From IMG/VR virus record IMGVR_UViG_3300027706_000278: 20,000 nucleotides of DNA. One strand, given 5' to 3'. A program made the translations under genes and the position numbers. Origin of the DNA: an uncultured virus (IMG/VR IMGVR_UViG_3300027706_000278). Its lineage: Duplodnaviria > Heunggongvirae > Uroviricota > Caudoviricetes. This document shows positions 8,403-17,069 of the stretch, piece after piece; position 1 is the stretch's first letter, and each line of letters starts with the position of its first letter. The notes beneath the pieces are model-generated. The model ran no database searches and was not told where the DNA came from. It worked only from the letters and a program-made list of their open reading frames with translations.

Positions 8403-8433
8403 AAAAACAAAAGCCGCCCGTTGCCGGACGGCT
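8403..8433 (-). terminator. Intrinsic terminator between cement and capsid genes
   Basis: Minus strand reads AGCCGTCCG-GCAA-CGGGCGGCT followed by TTTGTTTTT: 9-bp stem with one U-G pair, GNRA loop and U-tract. Confidence 0.75.
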
Positions 8434-8466
8434 GGGTGCTGCTTACTGCTGGGGGACTGCTGGCGG

Positions 8467-8835
8467 CTACATCTTGTAAGCGCCGATGAGCAGCGCGGGA
8501 ATGATGATGCCCGCACCGCTGGACGAGGCCAGGGCGCGCGCCCGCACAAAGTTGCCCGCCGAGGCGGTAACGCCGCGGCCGCTCGCATCCGGCGTCAACG
8601 GGTCGCCCGCCGTGACTGCGGCGCCGGTAACGAGCTTGGTAACGCCCAGGATCGCCAGTTCTCCCTGGACGCCCTGCCCGTTCGGCTTGTCCTGAAGTAC
8701 GCCATCGGCAACCGCCTGGGCCGAAGGCACCGCGAGCTGACCATTGGAGTTCACCACCATGAAGCAGAACTGAGACGCGCTCAGGTCCGCGCTGGCGGGA
8801 ACCCCAACGGTACGAAGAGTCTGTTCATACGCCAT
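8467..8835 (-). CDS. Capsid cement / head decoration protein (DUF2190-like)
   Basis: 122 aa; GVLQDKP, G.AVTAGD.L..DASGR.V and ALA....G.II..LL motifs; occupies the lambda gpD position. Confidence 0.8.
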   Translation of the reverse strand: MAYEQTLRTVGVPASADLSASQFCFMVVNSNGQLAVPSAQAVADGVLQDKPNGQGVQGELAILGVTKLVTGAAVTAGDPLTPDASGRGVTASAGNFVRARALASSSGAGIIIPALLIGAYKM

Positions 8836-8860
8836 ATCGTTGTTTCCTTTCCGCGCGGGG

Positions 8861-9556
8861 CTACCGCGCCAGGCGGATTCCCGCCGCTTCGAGCGTGGCG
8901 ATCAGGCCCTTCGCGTTGTGCTGCGCGCGGAAGGCCGCATACGCTTCGGGGTGCTCTTCGAGCATCGCCGAATACGCCCGCTCCTTCGTGACCTTGGTGG
9001 TCACGCCGTTGACGTACATCGCCTGGGTCACCTGTCCGCGGTTCTGGCGGGCATAGGACGTGGCCTGCGCCTCCAGCTCCGCGATACCACCAGAACCCGC
9101 ATTCGGGTTCACACGCGAATCGATCATGTGGCTCTCGCTTTCCGCGACGCGAGAGTTCGTCAACTCCGCGCTGACCTCCGCGACGCTCATGTATTCGCCC
9201 TTCGAGTTCTTCCGCATCAGGAACTCGGCGGCCATCTCGGGCTTCCCGGCCATCTTGCAGAGCGCGGCGATGGCCTGGATGTCGGACTCGGAGCGCATGG
9301 CTTGGAGGGGCTGGCCGACCCCGGCGACGCGGGCGGCCTTCTTGCCCTCGGTCATCTCGTCCTCCTTCTCGCTCTTCTTGCCTTTGCCTTTCTTGCCCTC
9401 GGCTCCGTCTTCCTCGTCGCCGTCCTTCCCGTCGCCATCCTTGCCTTTGGAGTCACACTCCTTGGCATCGGACTTCTCCGGCTCCTTTTTGGACTTCTTC
9501 TCTTCGGGTTCGCCGTCCTTCTTCGCGACGACGGCCCCGGCTTCCAGTTCCGCCAT
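8861..9556 (-). CDS. Putative nested scaffolding protein (Nu3-like), 231 aa, in frame within the protease gene
   Basis: AGGAG (9569-9565) lies 8 nt before an in-frame ATG at 9556, at the end of the protease domain. Confidence 0.6.
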   Translation of the reverse strand: MAELEAGAVVAKKDGEPEEKKSKKEPEKSDAKECDSKGKDGDGKDGDEEDGAEGKKGKGKKSEKEDEMTEGKKAARVAGVGQPLQAMRSESDIQAIAALCKMAGKPEMAAEFLMRKNSKGEYMSVAEVSAELTNSRVAESESHMIDSRVNPNAGSGGIAELEAQATSYARQNRGQVTQAMYVNGVTTKVTKERAYSAMLEEHPEAYAAFRAQHNAKGLIATLEAAGIRLAR

Positions 9557-10522
9557 ATCGGCATCTCCTGCGGCGGGTTGCGCCGCGATTGGGATTACAG
9601 GCTCGGCAGCCAAGACCTGCGACATCGCCTTACCAGGCCGGGTGACCAACGCCGAGCCGTTGGCCACCTCACGCAGGGCATTCATGGCATCGTCAAACGT
9701 GCCAAGCTCGTCGGCCAGCAGCGGGATAGCATTGTCGGCCCAGAACACCGAGGCCTCCGTGGCAACGATGGCCTTCCTGCTAGCCTTGCGATTCCGCGCT
9801 ACGGTCTCCGTGAAGAGACCGTACTCGCGGTCAACTTCGTCCTGGATGTCCGACTGCGCGCGATCCGAAAGCGGCTCGTGCGGGTTGGCATCCACCTTGC
9901 GCGCGCCGGCAAACACATAGGTGTACTTGACGCCCAAGTCCTTATCGAAGCCCGACTGGTCCACGTGCAGCGCGTACACGCCGATGGAACCAACCGCTCC
10001 GGTGCGGTTCAGGTAAATCTTGCTCGCCGAACTGGCGATGGCATACGCTGCCGACAGAGCAATGTCGTTCGCCACGGCCCAGACGGGCTTCTCTTTCCGC
10101 GCGGAGAAGATGTAATCGGCCAGATCGAAGCACCCGGCAGTCTCACCACCCGGCGAGTCGATATCGAGCAGTATCGCGGAGACGCCCGCGTCCGCAACCG
10201 CGTCGGCCATCTGGCGCTGAATGTGCTCATACGAGGAGGAGCCGCTCCACGCGGACATGAACGACTCCTTCTTGAGCAGCGTGCCCTGCACCGGGATGAC
10301 GGCGATACCGTCGATGACCGAATAGTCACGCTCCTCAGCCTCGGCGGTGTAACGCTGCATTAGCGTGACCGTCGCGTCCATCGGGACCCGCTGCGCCAGC
10401 ACCGCGTCGGCGAGAATGCCCAAGCGCGGCCCGATGGCCTTGATGATCACCTCCAACTTGGGCGGGTGGATCATCAGAGGCGTGTTGATGAACCGCGACG
10501 CGACATGCGTGAGGTGCTTCAT
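8861..10522 (-). CDS. S49 family prohead maturation protease with C-terminal scaffold region (lambda gpC-like)
   Basis: LLDIDSPGG, ALSAAYAIAS and GSIGV motifs; follows the portal with an ATGA overlap. Confidence 0.93.
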   Translation of the reverse strand: MKHLTHVASRFINTPLMIHPPKLEVIIKAIGPRLGILADAVLAQRVPMDATVTLMQRYTAEAEERDYSVIDGIAVIPVQGTLLKKESFMSAWSGSSSYEHIQRQMADAVADAGVSAILLDIDSPGGETAGCFDLADYIFSARKEKPVWAVANDIALSAAYAIASSASKIYLNRTGAVGSIGVYALHVDQSGFDKDLGVKYTYVFAGARKVDANPHEPLSDRAQSDIQDEVDREYGLFTETVARNRKASRKAIVATEASVFWADNAIPLLADELGTFDDAMNALREVANGSALVTRPGKAMSQVLAAEPVIPIAAQPAAGDADMAELEAGAVVAKKDGEPEEKKSKKEPEKSDAKECDSKGKDGDGKDGDEEDGAEGKKGKGKKSEKEDEMTEGKKAARVAGVGQPLQAMRSESDIQAIAALCKMAGKPEMAAEFLMRKNSKGEYMSVAEVSAELTNSRVAESESHMIDSRVNPNAGSGGIAELEAQATSYARQNRGQVTQAMYVNGVTTKVTKERAYSAMLEEHPEAYAAFRAQHNAKGLIATLEAAGIRLAR

Positions 10523-12090
10523 TGCGCCTCCACCTTTCCCGTCGCCGCCGCCTCCGCGACCTCCTCCTCCGTGAGGCCGGCGTTGCGGCCGGTCAGGATC
10601 TTCCGGCCATCCGAATCGTAGGAAAGGCCGAGCCTGTCGGCGCGGTCATTGTCGGCCTTCTGCTGCGCGTCGATGACAGAGGCGTCGTAACCCTGAGCCG
10701 CACACTCAATCGAGCGCGTGGACAGGCCGTCGCGGATCGCGCGCTCGGCGGCCTTCATGTCCTTCTCCGGGTCGACCCACGGCCAGCCCGGCGTGACCCA
10801 CTGCGCCGCCTCGAACGGTTCCGGGTCCCGGTCATAGGCGTTCAGAAGCTCGATGCTGAACACCATCGCAAGCATGGCCGCACGGAGCCAGACCCGGTAA
10901 ACCGGATGGCAAAACTGGAAGACGAACACCGCGTGCTGGAACTGCTCGCACTTGCGCCGAAACTCCAGCAGGCCGGCACGGATCGAAGAGTAGTTGATCC
11001 CCGACAGGTCGCCCGAGATCTGGTACTCCGCGAGGCCCGCGCCAGCCGCGAACGCCTGGAGGCACGCGCGGATGAAGCTCTTATAGTCCTGCGTCTCCGG
11101 GACCTGTGCGAACTGGACCTCCTCCCCGAATCCCAGGTTGATGAACGTGTTCGGTTCGAGCTTGGTGATCTGCGTGCCAGGCTCGGGCTGCCCCTGGGCG
11201 CCGATGGTCTGATCCGGCACCATGACCGGATTGTCCGGACTCACCTGCTTGATGAATCCGGTGATCATCGCCGCCGCCTTCTTGCGCGCGATCTCGGAGT
11301 CGGTGTACTGCTCGAGCTCGTAGAGCTTCGCGAGCACCGAGGTCAGCCACGGCATGCCGCGGAACTGTCCGGCGCGGATCGGCTTGTATACGTGCAGGAC
11401 CTCGCTGGCGGGCACGCGCTCCACATGCAGCGCCTCCATCGGGAAGAACATCGTCTCGCCCGGATGTGCCTGCCAGAAGTGGTACGCGGCACGCCGGCCA
11501 TCGGGCCGGAATTCCACGCCGCACCGGACGCGATTCTGCTCGGGCACATCCGGCGTTGGCTGGTTGCGCCACAGAGGCAACTGCTCGGCCTCGATCAACT
11601 GCAACTGAAGCGGGACCGACAATCCCTCTTTCAACGGGCGCGGCCGGAACCGGACGAATACCTCGCCGGCCTCCATGCACTCCCGCGCGACGAGCATCTG
11701 CTGGCCGTAGAAGTCAGTCTGCCCGGAGGCCGGGTTTTTCGGGTCGTACTCCACGTCGGACTCGCGAATCCATCGCTCCCACTTATGGCGGATCAGGTCG
11801 CGGACCTTCTCATCCGGGTGCTGGGGAATCAGCCGGATGCCACGTCCGATGGCGTTCGCCACATACGACTCGATGGCGCCCACGGCCCAGGCGCTATTGC
11901 GCACCGCGTCGCGGTTCCGCGTGAGCAGCTCAAGGCCATGCGAGAACAGCAGCGTGTTGAGGCCGAGGTAGCTCGGGTTCCAGCCGTAGCCGCGCCGGCC
12001 TTTCCCCGCCGCATCAAACGGGAATGTCCCCATCGCCTGGCGCTGGGGAGGCGCGATGGTCATTTGTGCCGCGCGCCGAACGAGGTTCAT
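10519..12090 (-). CDS. Portal protein, lambda family
   Basis: 523 aa; R.RD.VRN..WA, GE.F.R, LQLQLIEAEQL, GQ.RG.PW, GDLS..NYSSIRAGLLEFRR and WPWVDPEKD motifs. Confidence 0.96.
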   Translation of the reverse strand: MNLVRRAAQMTIAPPQRQAMGTFPFDAAGKGRRGYGWNPSYLGLNTLLFSHGLELLTRNRDAVRNSAWAVGAIESYVANAIGRGIRLIPQHPDEKVRDLIRHKWERWIRESDVEYDPKNPASGQTDFYGQQMLVARECMEAGEVFVRFRPRPLKEGLSVPLQLQLIEAEQLPLWRNQPTPDVPEQNRVRCGVEFRPDGRRAAYHFWQAHPGETMFFPMEALHVERVPASEVLHVYKPIRAGQFRGMPWLTSVLAKLYELEQYTDSEIARKKAAAMITGFIKQVSPDNPVMVPDQTIGAQGQPEPGTQITKLEPNTFINLGFGEEVQFAQVPETQDYKSFIRACLQAFAAGAGLAEYQISGDLSGINYSSIRAGLLEFRRKCEQFQHAVFVFQFCHPVYRVWLRAAMLAMVFSIELLNAYDRDPEPFEAAQWVTPGWPWVDPEKDMKAAERAIRDGLSTRSIECAAQGYDASVIDAQQKADNDRADRLGLSYDSDGRKILTGRNAGLTEEEVAEAAATGKVEAQ

Positions 12091-12383
12091 TTGGATTCAC
12101 GCTCCAGCGAGGTGAGCATCGAAACCCACACCGCCAGGCCACCGCCGACTAGCGGGCCCAACGGGTGCCACACGGTCCAGCATCCGTACACGACGGAGGC
12201 CAGGCCCCCGAAGAACAAAACGTTCTCCATCACCGCAGGCATCCGCTTGCGGCAGGCCTTATGGAAGGCCGCGATACCGCGCTGGAGCCTGCTCGCCGGG
12301 TGCATCTGGCGCACGCGCTGGCGATTCGGCGATGCCATGCGCGCGGAGTCATCGAGCATCGAAAACGGATTCGGCTCCTGCAT
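12087..12383 (-). CDS. Small two-helix membrane protein, 98 aa
   Basis: ATG at 12383 overlaps the gpW stop (TGATG) and its stop overlaps the portal ATG. C-terminal hydrophobic hairpin VLFFGGLASVVYGCWTVWHPLGPLVGGGLAVWVSML. Confidence 0.75.
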   Translation of the reverse strand: MQEPNPFSMLDDSARMASPNRQRVRQMHPASRLQRGIAAFHKACRKRMPAVMENVLFFGGLASVVYGCWTVWHPLGPLVGGGLAVWVSMLTSLERESK

Positions 12384-12595
12384 CAGTACCCCCACCCGCT
12401 GGTCGTGTAAATCCGGACCTGTCTCACCGGCTGCTGGCCGGACGATTTGGCGGCCTCGGCGACCAGCCAGTTCCGGAATTTGAGCGCATCCTCGGCAGAG
12501 TGCAGCTCCTCTTCACGATCCTGGAAGCGGAATCGCCGCACGCCCTGCTTATAGAGCGCGTCGAAGTTGTCGATGTCAGCCTGCGTGATCGCCAT
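12383..12595 (-). CDS. gpW-like head completion / head-tail joining protein
   Basis: 70 aa, TQADID......GV..F.F.DR.....S pattern; lies between large terminase and portal. Confidence 0.85.
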   Translation of the reverse strand: MAITQADIDNFDALYKQGVRRFRFQDREEELHSAEDALKFRNWLVAEAAKSSGQQPVRQVRIYTTSGWGY

Positions 12596-12596
12596 A

Positions 12597-14513
12597 TCAG
12601 ACCTCGATCCGGAAGCGCACCTGGTTGCGCGGCCGCGCGGGCATCACGCGCTGGGGCAACGGTTGCTGCGGCTGGGCTTGGGGCGTGACCTTGGATTCCC
12701 AGTCGGCCCAGTGCTTCTCCTGGAAGCGATCAATGCCCACGCGCGCCGCCGCCGCACGTGCGTACACCCGACAATCGAGCGCCTCGTTGCGCTCGCGCAT
12801 CTTCTGCCACTCCAGCCGCTTGTAGCCCTTGACGAGCTTGGCGACGAGCTGCTCGGCAGTGATCTGCTTGAAGTACTCCTCGCTGTACCGGGGGAAGTGG
12901 CAATAGCCTGGAGGAAACGGGATGCCCTGCTCCAATTCTTCGTCCGTGGGGCGGTCCAACCGGAGCCAGCGGTACAGCTCCTCCTTCGCCATGCCGGAGT
13001 TCACCGGCCACACGCGGACGCCCCGCTTCACCCTCTCACCCAGCGGTCCAACCTCGATCGGCGACGGCGCGCCGAGGATCGCGCCGGAACGCTGGTCGCC
13101 TTTGATCACCACGACCCGACCGCCCTGCCGTCGCGCCCACTCGTACACCTCGGTGGTTGCGTACCCGGAGTCAACCGCGAGCTGGAGGATCGGCATTTGC
13201 ACGCCGGAGACGTGCGGGTACGTTTCGTTCAGCAGATCCGTGAGTCGGTCCCACACCGCCTGGCGCGAGGTATCGCCCTCAAAGACGCGGTAATCGATGG
13301 ACCATGACTGCTTGCCACGACCCCACGCCACGATCTCGACCTCGATGCGGTCCCTCTGAACGTCTGCGCCGGCCGTGAGGAACACGCCGCCACGAGGCAC
13401 CGAGCCGACCTTGTACTGCTCCCGGCGCTCGTACAAGCGCTTCCAATCCGGGGCCTCGCCTAGCAGCGTCCACGTCTCTCCGAGGACCGTGTTCACGAAC
13501 ACCTGAAGCAATTCGGGCTTCTGCTTGTTTTGCGCTTGCTCGAACTGCTTGGCGGCGTCCGCCCAGGAGAACCACCCGACCGGCGAGTAGAGGCTGGACA
13601 GATGGAAGCCCGCCGTCCTGCGATCCCAGTTGGCGGCCGGATTCGGACGCCACTGGCCGCGTGCAAGCATCCACTGCTTCTGGTGATTGTGGATCTCCTG
13701 GCCGCAATGCTGGCAGACATACACCGCCTTATCCGGCTCACCCTTCGGCCAGCGCAACTGCGCGAATTGCAGGATCTGGAATTCCCGGCACAGCGGGCAT
13801 GGCACGTAATACTGCCGTCTGTCGCTCTCATCGTAAGCCGCTTCGATGCGGCTCATGCCTGTGATCTTGGGCGTCGAGACGAGGAACACCTTGCGGCGCG
13901 CGAACGTCCGCGTGCGCGCCATGGCGAGATTCACCGGGTCGCCTTCGCCCTCCACATCGCCGGGATACCCGTCCACCTCGTCAAGGAACAGATACCGCGC
14001 AGCCATCGAGCGGAGGCCGACCGCGCTGTTGGCGCCGGTCATCACCAGCACGCCGCCAGGGAACTCCTTCGAGAGAACTGTGTTGCCGGAGTCGCGCGAG
14101 CGCGGATCGCTGACGAGCTTCCGCAACGCCTCGGATTCCTCGATCAGCGGGTCGACGCGCTGTTTCGAGTTCCGCTTGGCCATCTCGACGGTCGGCTGCA
14201 CCGCCATCATGGGACCCGGCGCCTGGTGGATCACGTATCCGATCCAGTTGTTGCCGCACTCGGTCCCGCCGATCTGCGCGCCCTTCATGAAGATCACGCG
14301 CTCCATGGGCGAGGACGGCGACAGGCAATCCATGATCTCGCGCAAGTACGGCGTCCGGTCCGTGCGCCACGGGCCAGGCTCCGACGAGGCGCGCTGCGAA
14401 AGCGTGCGGTACTTGTCGGCCCACTTCGAGATGGTGAGAAACGGGTCCGGCCGCGCGCCAGCCGCGGCAGCAGCACCGACCACTTCCTCAGCCGTTAGCG
14501 TCTGCAAATTCAT
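12597..14513 (-). CDS. Terminase large subunit, lambda GpA family
   Basis: PGPWRT.RTPYL, Walker A-like KGAQIGGTE, Walker B YLFLDEVD, STP, CPLC/CQHC, nuclease AGADVQ and RNEALDC motifs. Confidence 0.97.
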   Translation of the reverse strand: MNLQTLTAEEVVGAAAAAGARPDPFLTISKWADKYRTLSQRASSEPGPWRTDRTPYLREIMDCLSPSSPMERVIFMKGAQIGGTECGNNWIGYVIHQAPGPMMAVQPTVEMAKRNSKQRVDPLIEESEALRKLVSDPRSRDSGNTVLSKEFPGGVLVMTGANSAVGLRSMAARYLFLDEVDGYPGDVEGEGDPVNLAMARTRTFARRKVFLVSTPKITGMSRIEAAYDESDRRQYYVPCPLCREFQILQFAQLRWPKGEPDKAVYVCQHCGQEIHNHQKQWMLARGQWRPNPAANWDRRTAGFHLSSLYSPVGWFSWADAAKQFEQAQNKQKPELLQVFVNTVLGETWTLLGEAPDWKRLYERREQYKVGSVPRGGVFLTAGADVQRDRIEVEIVAWGRGKQSWSIDYRVFEGDTSRQAVWDRLTDLLNETYPHVSGVQMPILQLAVDSGYATTEVYEWARRQGGRVVVIKGDQRSGAILGAPSPIEVGPLGERVKRGVRVWPVNSGMAKEELYRWLRLDRPTDEELEQGIPFPPGYCHFPRYSEEYFKQITAEQLVAKLVKGYKRLEWQKMRERNEALDCRVYARAAAARVGIDRFQEKHWADWESKVTPQAQPQQPLPQRVMPARPRNQVRFRIEV

Positions 14514-14970
14514 TCAGCGCCTTGCGGATCTCCGTCGCCAGGATCTCGTAGCACTTCGCCGCATCGGTTTCGGCCGCCAGCATTGCCGCCACGCGGTCGG
14601 GAATGTTCAACATGCCGTCGCGGTACTGGCGGAACTTGTTGAACGTGGCAATCTGGACCTCGTCTTTCGAGATCAGGCTGCCAACTTTCTCCTCGTACTC
14701 CAGCTTCGCCAGGCGCGCCTGGTAATGCTCACGCACGGCCCGCGCCTTCGTGTACTGGCTCGCGCCGAACGCATCGTCGTCGTCGTGCTGCCTCTTGCTC
14801 GCGCCAGCCGGCCGCGCCTCGGTGTTCTCCCGCCACTCGCGATCGGCTGTATCGGAATCGATCCGGCCATCTGAGAGGGTGGAGATGCGGCCAGAGTTGA
14901 TCGCCTTCTGGACGGCAGCGCGGCTCAGCCCGACGTGCTTCGCGTACTGCCGTTGGCTCATTATCGCCAT
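14488..14970 (-). CDS. Terminase small subunit (Nu1-like)
   Basis: N-terminal HTH (SQRQYAKHVGLSRAAVQKAI), ARA.RE.Y.A.LAKLEYE...G.L and LNIPDR motifs; overlaps the large subunit start. Confidence 0.85.
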   Translation of the reverse strand: MAIMSQRQYAKHVGLSRAAVQKAINSGRISTLSDGRIDSDTADREWRENTEARPAGASKRQHDDDDAFGASQYTKARAVREHYQARLAKLEYEEKVGSLISKDEVQIATFNKFRQYRDGMLNIPDRVAAMLAAETDAAKCYEILATEIRKALNEFADANG

Positions 14971-15071
14971 GCGCTTCTTCCTGAACTTTCCGCTTGCCTT
15001 CTGGTTGAAGGGAAGGTATCCATCGTCATGCGCGGACCATCAGCCGCCAGAAAGGATAACGAGATCGGATT

Positions 15072-15512
15072 ATGACGAACGAAACCAGCACCACCACAGA
15101 AACCGCCGCCGTTGCGGAACAGGGCGCGAACGTTGCGCCGGAGAAAGCTGCCTCGACCAAGAAGGCCAGCAGCAAGAAGAGCGCGCCCAAGGGCCAGAAA
15201 GCCGCGAAGAAAGCCGCCGCCAAAAAGGAAGCCAAACCCGCCACTAAGAAGGCCGCCAAGAAGGAGACCAAGCCCGCCGCCAGGGAGAAGGCTACCGCCA
15301 AGGCCAGCGCGCCGCGCGAGGGCAGCAAAAAGCAGATCGTCATCGAGATGATGCGTCGCAAGGAGGGCGCGACGATGGCCGAGATTGCCAAAGCGACTGC
15401 CTGGCAAAATCACACTATCCGGGGCTTCGTGGCCGGCACGCTCAAGAAGATGGGCATCACCGCCGAATCCACCAAGAACGCCTCCGGCGAGCGCTGCTAC
15501 TCGATCAAGTAG
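15072..15512 (+). CDS. DUF3489-like winged-helix protein with Lys/Ala-rich histone H1-like N-terminus
   Basis: C-terminal SKKQIVIEMMRRKEGATMAEIAKATAWQNHTIRGF matches the DUF3489 pattern; AAKK-type repeats in the N-terminal half. Confidence 0.88.
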   Translation: MTNETSTTTETAAVAEQGANVAPEKAASTKKASSKKSAPKGQKAAKKAAAKKEAKPATKKAAKKETKPAAREKATAKASAPREGSKKQIVIEMMRRKEGATMAEIAKATAWQNHTIRGFVAGTLKKMGITAESTKNASGERCYSIK

Positions 15513-15526
15513 ACAGCCTCCCGCCA

Positions 15527-15566
15527 ACGACCCGCGCCCGCCCGGTACTGGCGGGCTTAGGGTCGT
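15527..15566. terminator. Hairpin between convergent genes (possible terminator)
   Basis: ACGACCC-gc-GCCCGCC-cggtact-GGCGGGC-tta-GGGTCGT; no good U-tract on either strand. Confidence 0.5.
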
Positions 15567-15588
15567 GAAGGGCTAGGATTCGCCGGTC

Positions 15589-15819
15589 TTAAGCGGCCTT
15601 TGGCACGCGCTCTCCACCATCACCGCCACCGGCCGGACCACCAAGCAGGCTGCGCAAACCGCGCTCGATAACATCATCCTCGGCGAAGTAGGCTTCCCCA
15701 GGCTCACACGCGGCTGCATGGGCATTCAGCACGAGTTGGGTAAGCCGCCAATCCGGATACTTCGTCCAGAGCGCAAGGACAAGCCCCACCATTTGATCAA
15801 TTCGCGCCGGGTCTCGCAT
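15589..15819 (-). CDS. Small phage protein (MRDP.RI...W...PD.RL.QL type; DUF1040/YihD-like)
   Basis: 76 aa; TAATG overlap with the methyltransferase stop; motif recognised from memory only. Confidence 0.7.
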   Translation of the reverse strand: MRDPARIDQMVGLVLALWTKYPDWRLTQLVLNAHAAACEPGEAYFAEDDVIERGLRSLLGGPAGGGDGGERVPKAA

Positions 15820-17069
15820 TACTGCAATGTATCAGAATCGTTGACAAGCGCAGATTCTCCGTCCCGGTGCGCTTGACGGCCCGTGAAAGCCTCCCACCGC
15901 CGCACGACCACATCGCAGTACCTCGGGTCCAGCTCGACCACACGCGCCTGGCGTCCCGTCTTCTCGCAAGCGATGACCGTGGTCCCGCTGCCGGCGAACG
16001 GATCGAGGATCGTGTCCCGGCTCTTGCTGTTGTTCCGGATGGCGCGCTCGACCAGCTCAACCGGCTTCATCGTCGGATGCTCCCGGTTGGCGGCGGGCCG
16101 GCTGATTTGCCATGCATCCCCCTGGTTCCGGTCGCCGCACCAGAAGTGCTTGTTGCCTTCGCGCCAGCCGTAGAGGATCGGCTCGTACTGGCGGCGGTAA
16201 TCGCCCCACCCCAGAGTGAAGTGGTTCTTCACCCAGATGATGAACGTGGACCAGTGGCCGCCCGCATCCAGGAACGCGGAATACAGCGTGTGCAACTCCG
16301 ACGAGGACATGCAGATGTACACCGCGCCCTTGCAAACCGCCAGGAGATTGGCCGAGGCGTCGCGCAGGAATTCGTAGAACTTGCCGCCCAGCTTGTCGTT
16401 CTGGATTTTCAACTTGTCCTTGGTGCGGCCCTCGTAATCGATGTTGTACGGCGGGTCCGTGAAAACCATATCGGCCAGCCCGCCCGCCAGGACCTTCTCA
16501 ACGTCCGCGAGCACCGTGGCGTCGCCGCACAGCAGCCGGTGGTTGCCCATCACCCATACATCGCCGGGCGCCGTGACGGCCTTTTCCTGTAGCTCGGGTG
16601 CCGCATCGTCTTCGGTGAGGCCCGCGTGTGTATCCTCGGGATCGCGGAGGTATTCCTCGAGCTCCTCGTCGGTAAATCCCACAGCGCCGAGATCGAAATC
16701 ATCCTCCTTGAGGGACTGCAATTCGACGCGCAGCATCTCCTCGTCCCACCCGGCATTGAGCGCCAGCTTGTTGTCGGCCAGTACCAGCGCCCGGCGCTCC
16801 GTCTCGTTCAGGTGGTCGAGGATGATGACGGGCACCTCGGCGATGCCGAGCTTGCGCGCCGCCGCCAGGCGCGCGTGGCCGGCGATGATCACGCCGTCGC
16901 CGCCGACCAGGATCGGATTCGTCCAGCCAAACTGGATGATGCTGGCGGCGACCTGGGCGACCTGTTCGTCGCTGTGCGTGCGAGCGTTCCGGGCGTAGGG
17001 CAGCAGCTTGTCGATCGGCCAGCGCTGGATCACCAAGTCCTTGATGCGCTCCAGGATGTTGACGCTCAT
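15819..17069 (-). CDS. ParB-N-terminal DNA methyltransferase, beta class, DPPY (probable N6-adenine), 416 aa
   Basis: Start reassigned to ATG 17069 (ATGA overlap). ParB-like PYARNARTH...IIAGHARL, then TDPPY, HPTMKP and DPFAGSGTT. Confidence 0.93.
   Translation of the reverse strand: MSVNILERIKDLVIQRWPIDKLLPYARNARTHSDEQVAQVAASIIQFGWTNPILVGGDGVIIAGHARLAAARKLGIAEVPVIILDHLNETERRALVLADNKLALNAGWDEEMLRVELQSLKEDDFDLGAVGFTDEELEEYLRDPEDTHAGLTEDDAAPELQEKAVTAPGDVWVMGNHRLLCGDATVLADVEKVLAGGLADMVFTDPPYNIDYEGRTKDKLKIQNDKLGGKFYEFLRDASANLLAVCKGAVYICMSSSELHTLYSAFLDAGGHWSTFIIWVKNHFTLGWGDYRRQYEPILYGWREGNKHFWCGDRNQGDAWQISRPAANREHPTMKPVELVERAIRNNSKSRDTILDPFAGSGTTVIACEKTGRQARVVELDPRYCDVVVRRWEAFTGRQAHRDGESALVNDSDTLQ

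Noticed and set aside
8840..12483. 507-aa and 653-aa plus-strand ORFs
   Set aside because: Antisense shadows of protease and portal, expected in high-GC coding DNA.
14971..15071. cos/pac site or sigma70 promoter upstream of the small terminase
   Set aside because: Only a weak TTGCCT-17-TATCCA match and no cos-like symmetry or iterated binding sites that I can support.
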